Assembly: GCA_041739785.1 (NCBI GenBank)
Contig: JBGSNE010000106.1
Coordinates: 29,649 to 93,648, forward strand
Length of the DNA stretch: 64,000 nucleotides
Source: Pirellulaceae bacterium
GTDB lineage: Bacteria; Planctomycetota; Planctomycetia; Pirellulales; Pirellulaceae
Direction of reading: 5' to 3'
A program made the position numbers and the translations under genes. The notes below the pieces were generated by a model. That model searched no databases, was not told where the DNA came from, and worked only from the letters and a program-made list of their open reading frames with translations. Below, one piece after another: positions 9,573-19,285 of the stretch. Every line of letters starts with the position of its first letter. Within the stretch, counting starts at the first letter, position 1.

Positions 9573-12500
9573 ATGGAAACCGTGGACTCTATTTTCCTAT
9601 CGGCTTTAGAGAAGTCATCTGAGGTTGAAGTGAAGGCCTATTTAAGTTCTGCCTGCGGTCAGGATTCGGATTTGCGACAACTCGTCGAACGACTCATAGC
9701 CGCTCATCAGAAGGTTTCCCGAAGTTTTTTGGAAGAAGCGGCCCCTGGGCTACCAGCGCGCGTGGACGATGAGCGGGGGCGAGCGGTTGAGCAGCAAGCG
9801 ATGCATGCAGGTCTAGCTGCTACGTTTGGCCCTGACGAAGCAGTGGTCATTGGCGGTGCCGGGCATAGTGTGCTCAGGTCGCTAAGCAAGCAGCTGACTG
9901 AAGTGCCAAACATTACGTTGCATGATGCACACGAGGAACGGGATGGAGTATTAAAGCCAGGATCTCCCGAGCTGCGCGGAAAACCAGACGAACGCCGCTA
10001 TCACTTGATGGGCGAAATCGCTCGTGGCGGCATGGGGGCCATTATTAAAGGCCGCGATACGGATCTCGGTCGCGAAATCGCGATCAAGGTGTTACTCGAT
10101 TCGCACAAAGACAGGCCGGAGCTAATCCAACGGTTTGTAGAAGAAGCCCAAATTGGCGGGCAGCTCCAGCACCCTGGGATCGTCCCGGTCTATGAACTCG
10201 GACAATTTGGCGATCAACGGCCGTTCTTCAGCATGAAACTCATTAAGGGAAAAACTCTGGCAGAATTGCTAGTCCAGCGCAAGGAACCGAGTGAAGATTG
10301 GCCCAAACTGCTGGGCATCTTCGAGCAAGTTTGCCAGACTATGTCTTACGCGCACAGTAAGGGAGTCATCCACCGCGATCTGAAGCCTGCCAACATCATG
10401 GTGGGTGCCTTCGGCGAAGTTCAGGTGATGGACTGGGGACTCTCCAAAGTGCTTAGCCGCGGGGGAGTGGCAGACGAGCAACAGTCGCTAGACAAACACC
10501 GCAATGTCAGCGTCATTCAGACTCGCCGCAGCGTGGGAAGCGACGTGGCTGGCGAGGTCGGCTCCGACACCCGGGCGGGCAGCGCCATGGGCACTCCAGC
10601 CTACATGCCTCCTGAGCAGGCGCTCGGAGAGATCGATCGACTTGACGCGCGCGCGGACGTGTTTGGACTGGGCGCCATTCTGGCCGAGATTCTGACCGGC
10701 CAGCCGCCTTATGTGGGACAGACCGGCACGGATACTTTTCGGATGGCCAGCCGTGGCAAAATAGACAACTGCCACAAACGGTTGGACAACAGCAGCGCCG
10801 ACCCACAGCTCATCGTGTTGGCCAAAACCGCTTTGTCGCCCGAGCCCGAGGATCGCATGCGGCATGCCGGTGAGCTAGCGGACGGCATGACGAGTTACTT
10901 GGAAGGCGTCCAAGCCAAACTCAAAGCCACCGAGATTGCCAAAGAGCGTCAAAGCAAGAAATACTACGCGGTCACGGCGGCGTTGATGTTTTTGATCGCT
11001 TCTGCGGCGGTTTTTGGCACTGTCTGGTTCCAACGCATAGCGGCGGAAAAATCAGTGCTTGCTCAACAGAAAACCACACTGGCCGAGCAAATTAAGGGGC
11101 AGGCTGACTCCTATGCAGCGCTCGCTCAAAAAAACGAAGATCTCTTTACAAGCGAACAGTCGGCTCGGCAAGCGGTAGAATCCTCGGCGCAGATTATCGA
11201 AAGAATCGCGCAGACCTTCGTTGTTCCGGATAATCAACCCATTCAAAGGACGCGTTTTGCAATTGAAGCAGCGGAACTCGCCAGAAATAATCTAAGCGCT
11301 CGGCCACGAGCCCATGAGTCGCTTCTGAAAGCATCCTTGGCTGTCGGGGGACTCGCGCTCTCTCATCCTGAATCGAGCACACACATTGCGTTAAGCCCTG
11401 ACCAGCATTGGTTGGCCTGCAGCTGCTATGACAAAACCATTCGATTGTGGAAGTGCAACGGCAATGCCACCCCCAAGTTGCATCATGTAATCGCACACGG
11501 CAGTTCAGTGGTCACCTTTAGCAACGACAGTCGCTGGTTGGTAACTGGCCGTGACAGTACTGCTTCCGCGATGCTCTATGACCTCACGGCAGATAACATT
11601 TCCGCGTCTCCGCTTGAACTGATCGGACATGTCGAGGGCCGCGGAGCGTATTACACGGCGCTCACGCGTGCGTATTTCAGCCCCGACAGCCAATGGTTGG
11701 TAACCAGCACTTGGGACGGGGCACCGCGACTTTGGAATCTCACCGGAGACAAACCGGTAACGACTTCTGTTGTTCTGCCTACTTTTGAATTCCGCGCATG
11801 CGCCTTCAGCCCGGATAGTCGGCGAATGGCTTTAGCGGGAAGTTTGAAACTTTCCGGTACCTGCTTTTTGCTAGACCTTTCCTTGGAGGACCCCGTTTCC
11901 GCGCCAGTCACTATTGGCAACGGACTCGAAGTCGGCACCGCCGTTGCTTTCACACCCAATGGACAATCGCTGATTACCAATGATAGAAATGGTGTTGTGC
12001 GCAAATGGGATCTGACAGTACGCGATCTAGAGAATTCAGAACCTCGAGTGCTGGGAGGCGAGCATAGACATGGTAATGGCACTTCGTCGCTGGCAGTCAG
12101 CGGTGACGGTCGTTGGGCTGCGATTGGCAGCACAGATCATTCAGTCCATCTTTGGGATCTGACCGCGGAACCCGAGACACCTCCCACGGTTTTAGTCGGG
12201 CATGAAAATGCTGCCGGCCACTTAGTTTTCAGTCCAGATAGCCGTTGGCTATTCACCGGAAGTAACGACCATTCCATTCGCCGCTGGGATCTCACGGCAG
12301 CATACCCAGCCACAACATCGATCAAACTAACAGGTCATGATAGCGGCATCACAACGCTATGCATCAGCGGCGACGGTGAATCGCTATTCTCATCCGCCAC
12401 CGACAAGTGGGTGCGGCTGTGGGATATTAAGGTTGAAAACCCGGGCACTTCGCCACTGGTCCTTCAAGGTCACACAGGAGCGATTACGGTTGCTGCGATC

Positions 12501-13556
12501 AGTCCCGACGGCCTCTGGGCGGCTACGGCCAGCACGGATCACACCGCTCGGCTCTGGGATTTGAAATCGGAAATTCCTAGCCATTCTTCCGTTGCACTAA
12601 GAGGGCACACGGGCGCAGTTACGAAATTGCTTTTTGTGAGCGACGGCCAGCGCCTCGTGACAGCCGGTGAAGATGGAACTGCCAGAGTTTGGAGCTGTGA
12701 TTCACCGTCAGCTACTTCCATCGTGTTGCGCGGACATGAACAGCAAATCACTTCGCTGGCAATAAGGTCGCAGGACAGTTTGCTGGCTACTTCCGGTCGG
12801 GATGGCAGGGTTTGCCTGTGGGACCTCGAGGCCAACGATCCAACTATACCACTTCACTCCCTAAAGGACGTCCATGTACCTGTCGTCCAGTCCGTAGATT
12901 TCAACTTCGCCGGCAATCTATTGGTAACTGGCGGCAGTCAGGAAGTTCGGATTCTAGACTTGGACAAGAAGCACCCACTCGAAAATTGCGAAGTACTCAA
13001 CTTCGAGAGCTACATATACTCTGCGAGCTTTCTTGCTTCGAATCGGCTGGTTGTAGATTTGAATAGTTCACTTGAGCTTTGCACACCGAGCAGGATGGAA
13101 GTCAAAGAACCGCCAATAGTCCTGGATAACACGGGCAGCACAAGACAGCCAATGGCACTTGACCCGTCCCGTCACTGGCTGTTCGGCTCAAAGGGAACTC
13201 CGTATTACTCAGTCTTGCGGCGATGGGATCTGGACGCGAGCGATCCGGCCGTGCCGGAGGTAATGTGGAAGCATACTCATGAAATTTTGAGCGTCGCCAT
13301 GAGTCTTGATGGGCGCTTTGTCGTCACTGGAAGTAGGGACCAGACAGCCAAGGTTGGTGAGTTTGCGCTAGGCTCGAAAGCCATTCCTATGATTCTTCAA
13401 GGCCACACTGGCGATGTCACTACGGTCGCCATGAGCCCCGACGCGCGATGGGTCTTGACCGGCAGCACCGACAACACGGCCCGCCTATGGGATCTGGATT
13501 TTGAGAGGCTCATCCAGCGGGCTAAGGCATTGGTTGACGGGGAGCCAGACCACTAA
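9573..13556 (+). CDS. Ser/Thr protein kinase with C-terminal WD40 propellers
   Basis: N-terminal IFLSALE...ACGQDSDLR motif, [30 protein letters not shown], one TM, >10 GH...WD repeats. Confidence 0.95.
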   Translation: METVDSIFLSALEKSSEVEVKAYLSSACGQDSDLRQLVERLIAAHQKVSRSFLEEAAPGLPARVDDERGRAVEQQAMHAGLAATFGPDEAVVIGGAGHSVLRSLSKQLTEVPNITLHDAHEERDGVLKPGSPELRGKPDERRYHLMGEIARGGMGAIIKGRDTDLGREIAIKVLLDSHKDRPELIQRFVEEAQIGGQLQHPGIVPVYELGQFGDQRPFFSMKLIKGKTLAELLVQRKEPSEDWPKLLGIFEQVCQTMSYAHSKGVIHRDLKPANIMVGAFGEVQVMDWGLSKVLSRGGVADEQQSLDKHRNVSVIQTRRSVGSDVAGEVGSDTRAGSAMGTPAYMPPEQALGEIDRLDARADVFGLGAILAEILTGQPPYVGQTGTDTFRMASRGKIDNCHKRLDNSSADPQLIVLAKTALSPEPEDRMRHAGELADGMTSYLEGVQAKLKATEIAKERQSKKYYAVTAALMFLIASAAVFGTVWFQRIAAEKSVLAQQKTTLAEQIKGQADSYAALAQKNEDLFTSEQSARQAVESSAQIIERIAQTFVVPDNQPIQRTRFAIEAAELARNNLSARPRAHESLLKASLAVGGLALSHPESSTHIALSPDQHWLACSCYDKTIRLWKCNGNATPKLHHVIAHGSSVVTFSNDSRWLVTGRDSTASAMLYDLTADNISASPLELIGHVEGRGAYYTALTRAYFSPDSQWLVTSTWDGAPRLWNLTGDKPVTTSVVLPTFEFRACAFSPDSRRMALAGSLKLSGTCFLLDLSLEDPVSAPVTIGNGLEVGTAVAFTPNGQSLITNDRNGVVRKWDLTVRDLENSEPRVLGGEHRHGNGTSSLAVSGDGRWAAIGSTDHSVHLWDLTAEPETPPTVLVGHENAAGHLVFSPDSRWLFTGSNDHSIRRWDLTAAYPATTSIKLTGHDSGITTLCISGDGESLFSSATDKWVRLWDIKVENPGTSPLVLQGHTGAITVAAISPDGLWAATASTDHTARLWDLKSEIPSHSSVALRGHTGAVTKLLFVSDGQRLVTAGEDGTARVWSCDSPSATSIVLRGHEQQITSLAIRSQDSLLATSGRDGRVCLWDLEANDPTIPLHSLKDVHVPVVQSVDFNFAGNLLVTGGSQEVRILDLDKKHPLENCEVLNFESYIYSASFLASNRLVVDLNSSLELCTPSRMEVKEPPIVLDNTGSTRQPMALDPSRHWLFGSKGTPYYSVLRRWDLDASDPAVPEVMWKHTHEILSVAMSLDGRFVVTGSRDQTAKVGEFALGSKAIPMILQGHTGDVTTVAMSPDARWVLTGSTDNTARLWDLDFERLIQRAKALVDGEPDH

Positions 13557-13679
13557 GCGACGCGAATGTTGCTCGTTCAGGCCCAGTCTTGAATGCCGAC
13601 CAAGACTAATCTAAATAACCCATTGCCTACTGTGAACTTAGCGAATGCTCTCAAATTCGCCATATGCATAGCTACCCCA

Positions 13680-14841
13680 TCAAATCATGGGAAAGCGATT
13701 ATGCATTGCTTGGTCAAGCAATGCGATCGGATTATACGGAGCAATTGCGTCGGCAATCGAGCGGCGGAAGTCGAGATAGTTATCGCGTTTCTGCAACGCA
13801 GTTGCCGTATTTAACTGACTCAAAACGCTATTTGCTGCGTCAACAAGTTCTGCTTCATCACATGCCAGGAAACCGGCATGGGACACATCGCATTCGGCTG
13901 TAATGCGTCGCTCATGCAGAACAACCGCCGCAAAATATGCGGCCGTCGCATCCATGAAGAGTTGCGTATTGGGAAGGCCAGCATAACACAGCGATACCAG
14001 CGTATCGATCCACCGCACTTCTCGTTGAAGCCAATGATTATAAGTCGCCAATCGCTGGTTGACCTCCCCTCCTTGCGAAAACGCCAGTGCAATGCGTAAA
14101 ACCCCTGTCAATGAATGTGCTATGCCAGTACTGTGCAGCGGATCGATAAAGCCAAATGCGTTGGGCATCGAGACCCAGCCATCGCCCACGGCGGTCGAAT
14201 TGCAACGCGCTAGCCGCTTTGATTGATGCATTTGGCTGATTGGCACCGACGCAGCCGCATGCGTTGAATCAATCAGAGTAGCATTGGCCAGCAACTCGGC
14301 GATGGTTGGATAGGAACCAATAGCCTGCTGCCACAATGCATTCAAATCGCCAGCCAGCGTGGTGACTAAACCAACACTGGTCGTACCGCATTGGAATCTT
14401 AGAAACCACAGCCAGCCTTCTTCGATAATGTGATGTTGAGCTGCATGATCGGGATTGAAAATGCGTGACGGATCTGAACTCAGAAATTGATCGTTATTTG
14501 AGAAGTGCAAGACGCCTTCGAAGTGCCCAAAAGTGGATCGAGCATGCATTTGAATGGAACCATCGTCGTCACCCGAATGTAAGCGGTCCCGAGAGAAATC
14601 GGCGCTTCCCGTCGCGTCAATAATCCAGTCACAGGACAGTGTTGTTGTTTCAGACAATTCGTTTCTTAGTTCAACCATCCATCGATTGCTGTGCCGCTCT
14701 AGTGCCCCAACAACCGCTTGCTCACGAAGCTCTACTCCGTAGTTGACTGCCGTTTTGGCCAAATATTGATCGACGTCGCTACGCAGCCAATGGGTATCGG
14801 AATTGAAGTCATTGGTCGAGGCAGCCACCATCAGCGAGTAC
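13680..14841 (-). pseudogene. 5'-truncated flavin-dependent halogenase-like oxidoreductase
   Basis: LMVAAS...DTHWLRSDVDQYL, WIIDATG, GWLWFLRF (WxWxI-like), GFIDPLHSTGIAH; no GxGxxG N-terminus; the ORF start is only the translated tandem repeat. Confidence 0.75.
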
Positions 14842-14938
14842 AAGCATCGGGGACATAAGCATCGGGGACATAGCACTTGTAAGCATCGGGGACATAGCAC
14901 TTGCGTTACAAGCATCGGGGACATAGCACTTGCGTTAC
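14842..14938. repeat. Tandem array of aagcatcggggacata(gcacttg) units, 4 copies
   Basis: Copies start at 14842, 14858, 14881 and 14910 (units of 16, 23, 29, 29 bp); core ggggacatagcac recurs inverted at 16368 and 16797. Confidence 0.95.
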
Positions 14939-15096
14939 GGAAAAAGTTTACTGAAAAGGAGGATTTGAGTGTAAGGAATCTCGGTTTTTTCCGTCGTCTA
15001 TATATCTGACTTCTCTCGCCGATTATTTCCGCCGGCTAAGCATGCTAGCAATGGCTGGCTCACGTGATACCGAGATCCTTTAAAGGGGGTAACATC

Positions 15097-16143
15097 ATGG
15101 CTCGTTTAGCTCGTGCGGAGCACTTTGCGCCTGATGAAATTGCGATTGTTCATGTCTTCAACCGCGTCGTCCGACGTTGTTATCTAATGGGCGACGATCC
15201 AGTAACTGGAAAAAACCATGACCATCGCAAGGTATGGATCGAAGAGTTGATAAAACGCCAAGCCCAGTTCTTCGCTGTGGATATCCTCGCGTTCTCTATT
15301 CTTTCCAATCATTTCCACCAGGTATTGCGCTCGCGGCCCGACGTGGTGTCGACTTGGGACGATACCGAAGTGGCTCGGCGGTGGTTGATGATTTGCCCCG
15401 CTCGCAAGGGGACTGATGGCTTTGCACTGGAACCCAACGAGGCGGAGCTGAATTCGATCCGTACTGACCCGGACAAATTGAAAATGATCCGCTTGCGCCT
15501 GAGCGACATCTCGTGGTGGATGAGACTGCTGTGCCAGAAGATCGCGCAGAGGGCAAATGCCGAGGAAGAAATTTCCGGAAAATTTTGGGAGACTCGCTAT
15601 CGCGCTGTCAGAATTCTCGATGAAGCGGGATTGTTGGCCTGTGCAGCCTATGTCGACCTCAATCTGATTCGGGCTGCGCTAGCGGAGTTATTGGAAGATA
15701 GTAACCATAGTTCTATCCAGCGCCGGATCGCTGCTATGAAAGAGGAAGCGACTGACACAGGGCGCCAACGGTCAGATAGTTTTCTGGCTCCGCTGACGAT
15801 CGACGAATTGCGCGATGCCTTGGGACCTTGTGCGAACCAACGCGGGGAGCGTGCCAGCGATAAAGGGTTTCTAACGATGTCGATCGAATCGTATGTCGAG
15901 CTACTCGACTGGACTGCGCGGCAGATTGTTCTTGGTAAACGCGGCAGCACCCCGGTTGCGGCCCCTGTGATCCTCAAACGCTTGCAGCTTGACGCACAAG
16001 TATGGTGCGAGTTAGTCAGCGACTTTGGTCGCTTGTTCAGTTTAGTAGCTGGCCGGCCTCAAGTCATCGATGCTACCCGCAGTCGACGCCGCCAAAGTCG
16101 ATACCGTTCGCCACGCCGTCTGCGAGAATTGCTGGTTTGCTAA
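15097..16143 (+). mobile_element. HUH/Y1 (IS200/RAYT-like) transposase
   Basis: MARLARAE, HVFNRVVRRCYL, ILSNHFHQVL (HUH), RLSDISWWMR, FWETRY, YVDLNLIRA (catalytic Tyr region). Confidence 0.9.
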
Positions 16144-16384
16144 CCACCGCTTCGACGCTTCGGCATTTTTCGTAAGCTTCGCGAGTATTTGCTTGCTCGT
16201 CTAGTCGAAGCTGTATTTGGCCTTCTTGGTATCTCGCCCTTTTTCCGACAGGGAACCGTCTCTGCTGCGTGATATCGTCGATCGGCCCTTCTATTGCAGT
16301 CGTTTTTGGCTAAATGCAATTCCCGCTAGACATTCACTCCAAGGGCTGCTTCTCAACCTGCCACCACAGTGCTATGTCCCCGTT

Positions 16385-16815
16385 GGTTTTGCCCCTGCGA
16401 TCCTCGAACGCCTGCAGCTTGACGCACAAGCCTGGTGCAAGTTAGTCAGCGATTTTGGGCAGTTGTTCAGTTTGGTAGCTGGTCGTCCTCAAGTCATCAA
16501 TGCCACCCGCAGTCGACGCCGTCAAAGTCGATACCGCACGCCACCCCGCCTGCGAGAATTGCTAGTTAGTTAACCACCCCCGCGAAGCTTCGACATGTTA
16601 CGCAATCTTCACTAGCATTGGTTTGTTAGTCCGGTCGAAATTCAATCTGGAGCTCTGTATCTCACGCCTTTTCGGTCAGGGGATCATGTCTGCTGCGTGA
16701 TTTGGTGGATAGATTCTTCTACTGCAGTCGTTTGGGGCTGGCTTCGATTCTCGCTAGTTCTTCACACCAAGGGGCTGCTTCCCAACCTACCATCACAGTG
16801 CTATGTCCCGGTTGG
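16385..16815 (+). repeat. Diverged ~430-bp tandem duplicate of transposase 3' end plus downstream flank (copy 1 about 15955-16385)
   Basis: gcccctg at 15961 vs 16391; both copies encode ILxRLQLDAQxWCxLVSDFGxLFSLVAGRPQVI...RLRELLV and end in agtgctatgtccc.gttgg. Confidence 0.92.
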
Positions 16816-17068
16816 AAGGTTCATGTGCCCAGCTTGCCAAATCGTATTTGCGGCTCCCGACGAGTGCCACTCGCAGACAATACAATTAAACCAGTCTGAA
16901 TCAGTATGGGTACTTCGTTTGGATCTAGACCGAAAGAGATGGCTTTTTATCCGCTGGGTTCGGACTGCAAAGGAGGAAACAAATGGCCAACCGGTTTAGA
17001 CGGTTAGCGACATAAAGCGGGAGACTGTCAAGTCAACTGATTTTAGGTAAAGCGGCGTTTCTGCCTGG

Positions 17069-17165
17069 TCATATCGAATTGGAGCTTGGCTGAAACTCGT
17101 AAGCGCCGGTGTCTGGAGCTGAGTTGACGGCCCGCGAATAGGGGCTGCCACACAGAGATTCACTC
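17069..17165 (-). pseudogene. C-terminal gene fragment with choice-of-anchor-Q-like motif
   Basis: LCGSPYSRAVNSAPDTGAYEFQPSSNSI* resembles D..G.PR....PDIGAYE; begins at the hairpin 17172-17236. Confidence 0.45.
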
Positions 17166-17171
17166 GAATAG

Positions 17172-17236
17172 ATAGCTCCGCCTTCGTGATAGGTACGTAT
17201 TAGTCTTTGCTTGTGCGCGTTCCCGAAGGCGGAGCT
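17172..17236. repeat. REP-like hairpin
   Basis: tagctccgccttcg ... cgaaggcggagcta perfect inverted arms. Confidence 0.75.
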
Positions 17237-17389
17237 ATCAATTCTCGTAGCGGCTGAATTCGCCGGCTCGTGGTTTGCGTCCTCAGCGGCTGCTATGCAA
17301 ACCCGTTAAATCCATTTGGATCATCGATCTCTGTGGCGTCTCACATGCGGATCGGGTTAGCAGCTGGCTACACGAATAGAAGCGCGGTG

Positions 17390-19252
17390 CTAGTAATCGC
17401 GACCGGTGGTCAGAGCTGAGATGGTGCGTCCTTGCATGGAAGCGGCGGCGGCGGCGAACCAGGAGCCAACCAGTCCGGCCGTCACCAAAATCGACACAAA
17501 GACTCGCAAATGACCGATCCCCGACTGTTCGAACTGCTCTGCTGGTCCAAACATGAGGAGCGAAGTGGCTAGCACCGGGGGCAGGGCCGCTAAAAACTGT
17601 AACTTGCGGTTCCTGCCTGGAATATGAGAAAGTTCTTTTGCCGCAGTTGCTCGAAAATCCGCAACGTCACCCCATAATCTGGGATACAGAGATCGGATGA
17701 CGACAAAAGAGACAACGAAATAGTTGGCCGTCATGGCAATCATTCCGGTGAAGATGAATGCCACCGCGACATGCAGCCAACATCCGAATGGAATGCGACC
17801 GCTCAACAATTCCATGCCTGACGGAACGACGACTGCAAATGGAAACCACCCTACGCATCCCAGGACAATGCACCAGATCGGCAGCATCAGGACTTGCTGT
17901 CGCAGGAAGGTCTCCACAGCTCGCTCGCGATGAAATTCACGGGCGGCGCGGAGCAGTGTCCGATCGAGTAGCAACAGCATGGCCAGCGCGACCACAGCGT
18001 TATACCAGGTGATCACGATCCAAAAAGAATTTCGTTGTGCTAGGGGCAATTCGACGATTACGAATTGAGACAGATACCACACATTGGCGGCGCTGGCAAA
18101 CACATTGGGGACTACCGTGCAGACCAAGATGAACATTACCGGATGCAGTTCGGCAAATCGGGTAAACCAACTTGGCTGAGGCATTGCGCGCTTGGCCACC
18201 AACCATTGGCGACAGCCGACCAGCGCGGCGGCCAGTTCATCAGCCGTCGGAAATCGCTCCGTCGGCTCGGCTCTGAGGCATCGACCCACGATCCGCCCCA
18301 GCGGGCGCGACAGCTCTAGGTCGGCGGTCGGAGAACGGGTGTGCAACAGGCAGTTGAGCACTTTGCCCAATGAGAAAATGTCGCTGCGTTGATCGACATC
18401 CGTCCCTGGCGAGGCATGGGGCTGTTCCACCGCCCGGCAATGTTCGGGTGACATAAAGCCCATCGTCCCCCCCAGCACAGTAGCTCCGTCGCTGGTTGAC
18501 GAATTCGCCTGAAACGCGACGCTGAAGTCGGTCAGCATGGGGTGTCCGTATTGATTGAGCAAGATGTTGGCCGGTTTCACATCACGATGCAAGACCCCTT
18601 GCTGATGCGCGAACGCCAGAGCTTCTGCGATCTGCTCGCCGATCCAACACACAGCTTCAGTAAGCGTGCTGTTGATCAACAATTCACGATCGCGTAATCC
18701 CGAGGGATCGAATGCCGTCTCATGGTCGTTGACAAACCGATCCAAAATCTCAACCAGCGCCCGCCCACTACGGCGGGAGGCCTCGATCCTCGCTAGCTCA
18801 TCGACAATCTTCTGCAAAGTGACACCGGCCACGAATTGCATGCAGAGCATGCGGATACCGTGCTCGGTCGACACGGTTTCGGAAAACACTTGCACGATTC
18901 GTCGATGTTCGAGCTGTGCCATCATTCGACCTTCATAGCCGCGATCGGCTGTGACTTTAATAGCCACCAAACGATTGAGTGAAAGCTGGCGAGCCAAAAA
19001 GACTTTTCCGAATGCACCTTGTCCCAGTAGGCGGATGATCTGAAAATCTCCAGAGACCAACTCCAGTTTCTTCAATGATGTCGCCGCTGCCTGCTCTGCG
19101 CAGAATTCAGCCGGTAGACTCGGTGCGAAACCATTGGTGCTGAGCGTGCCGATTTCGGCCTCGATACTAGTCAATTGCGACGGATCTCGGTTCGAACCAA
19201 ACAGGTAGTGGACTGACTGATTGTTGTTGTTCCAAGTTGAATGCGAAATCAT
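17390..19252 (-). CDS. Ser/Thr protein kinase with polytopic (about 6 TM) C-terminal membrane domain
   Basis: LGQGAFGKV, VAIK, HRDVKPANILL, DFS, GGTMGFMSPEH, SDIFSLG; six hydrophobic segments after the kinase. Confidence 0.92.
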   Translation of the reverse strand: MISHSTWNNNNQSVHYLFGSNRDPSQLTSIEAEIGTLSTNGFAPSLPAEFCAEQAAATSLKKLELVSGDFQIIRLLGQGAFGKVFLARQLSLNRLVAIKVTADRGYEGRMMAQLEHRRIVQVFSETVSTEHGIRMLCMQFVAGVTLQKIVDELARIEASRRSGRALVEILDRFVNDHETAFDPSGLRDRELLINSTLTEAVCWIGEQIAEALAFAHQQGVLHRDVKPANILLNQYGHPMLTDFSVAFQANSSTSDGATVLGGTMGFMSPEHCRAVEQPHASPGTDVDQRSDIFSLGKVLNCLLHTRSPTADLELSRPLGRIVGRCLRAEPTERFPTADELAAALVGCRQWLVAKRAMPQPSWFTRFAELHPVMFILVCTVVPNVFASAANVWYLSQFVIVELPLAQRNSFWIVITWYNAVVALAMLLLLDRTLLRAAREFHRERAVETFLRQQVLMLPIWCIVLGCVGWFPFAVVVPSGMELLSGRIPFGCWLHVAVAFIFTGMIAMTANYFVVSFVVIRSLYPRLWGDVADFRATAAKELSHIPGRNRKLQFLAALPPVLATSLLMFGPAEQFEQSGIGHLRVFVSILVTAGLVGSWFAAAAASMQGRTISALTTGRDY

Positions 19253-19285
19253 GTCGTGCCGAGCCTTTCCACATGCTAAAAACGG

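Noticed and set aside
14841-14924. QVLCPRC repeats as a zinc-finger N-terminus of the 13680 ORF
   Set aside because: They are just the translation of the DNA tandem array; not a real protein start
14842-14938. CRISPR array
   Set aside because: Units are head-to-tail with no unique spacers, lengths vary from 16 to 29 bp, and no cas genes are in the window
16217-16573. Independent 118-aa gene
   Set aside because: Its 3' half is the duplicated transposase tail and its 5' half is flank sequence; treated as part of the duplication
16811-16999. Zn-ribbon fragment (FMCPACQ) after the second end motif
   Set aside because: Only one CxxC and no other support; may be chance
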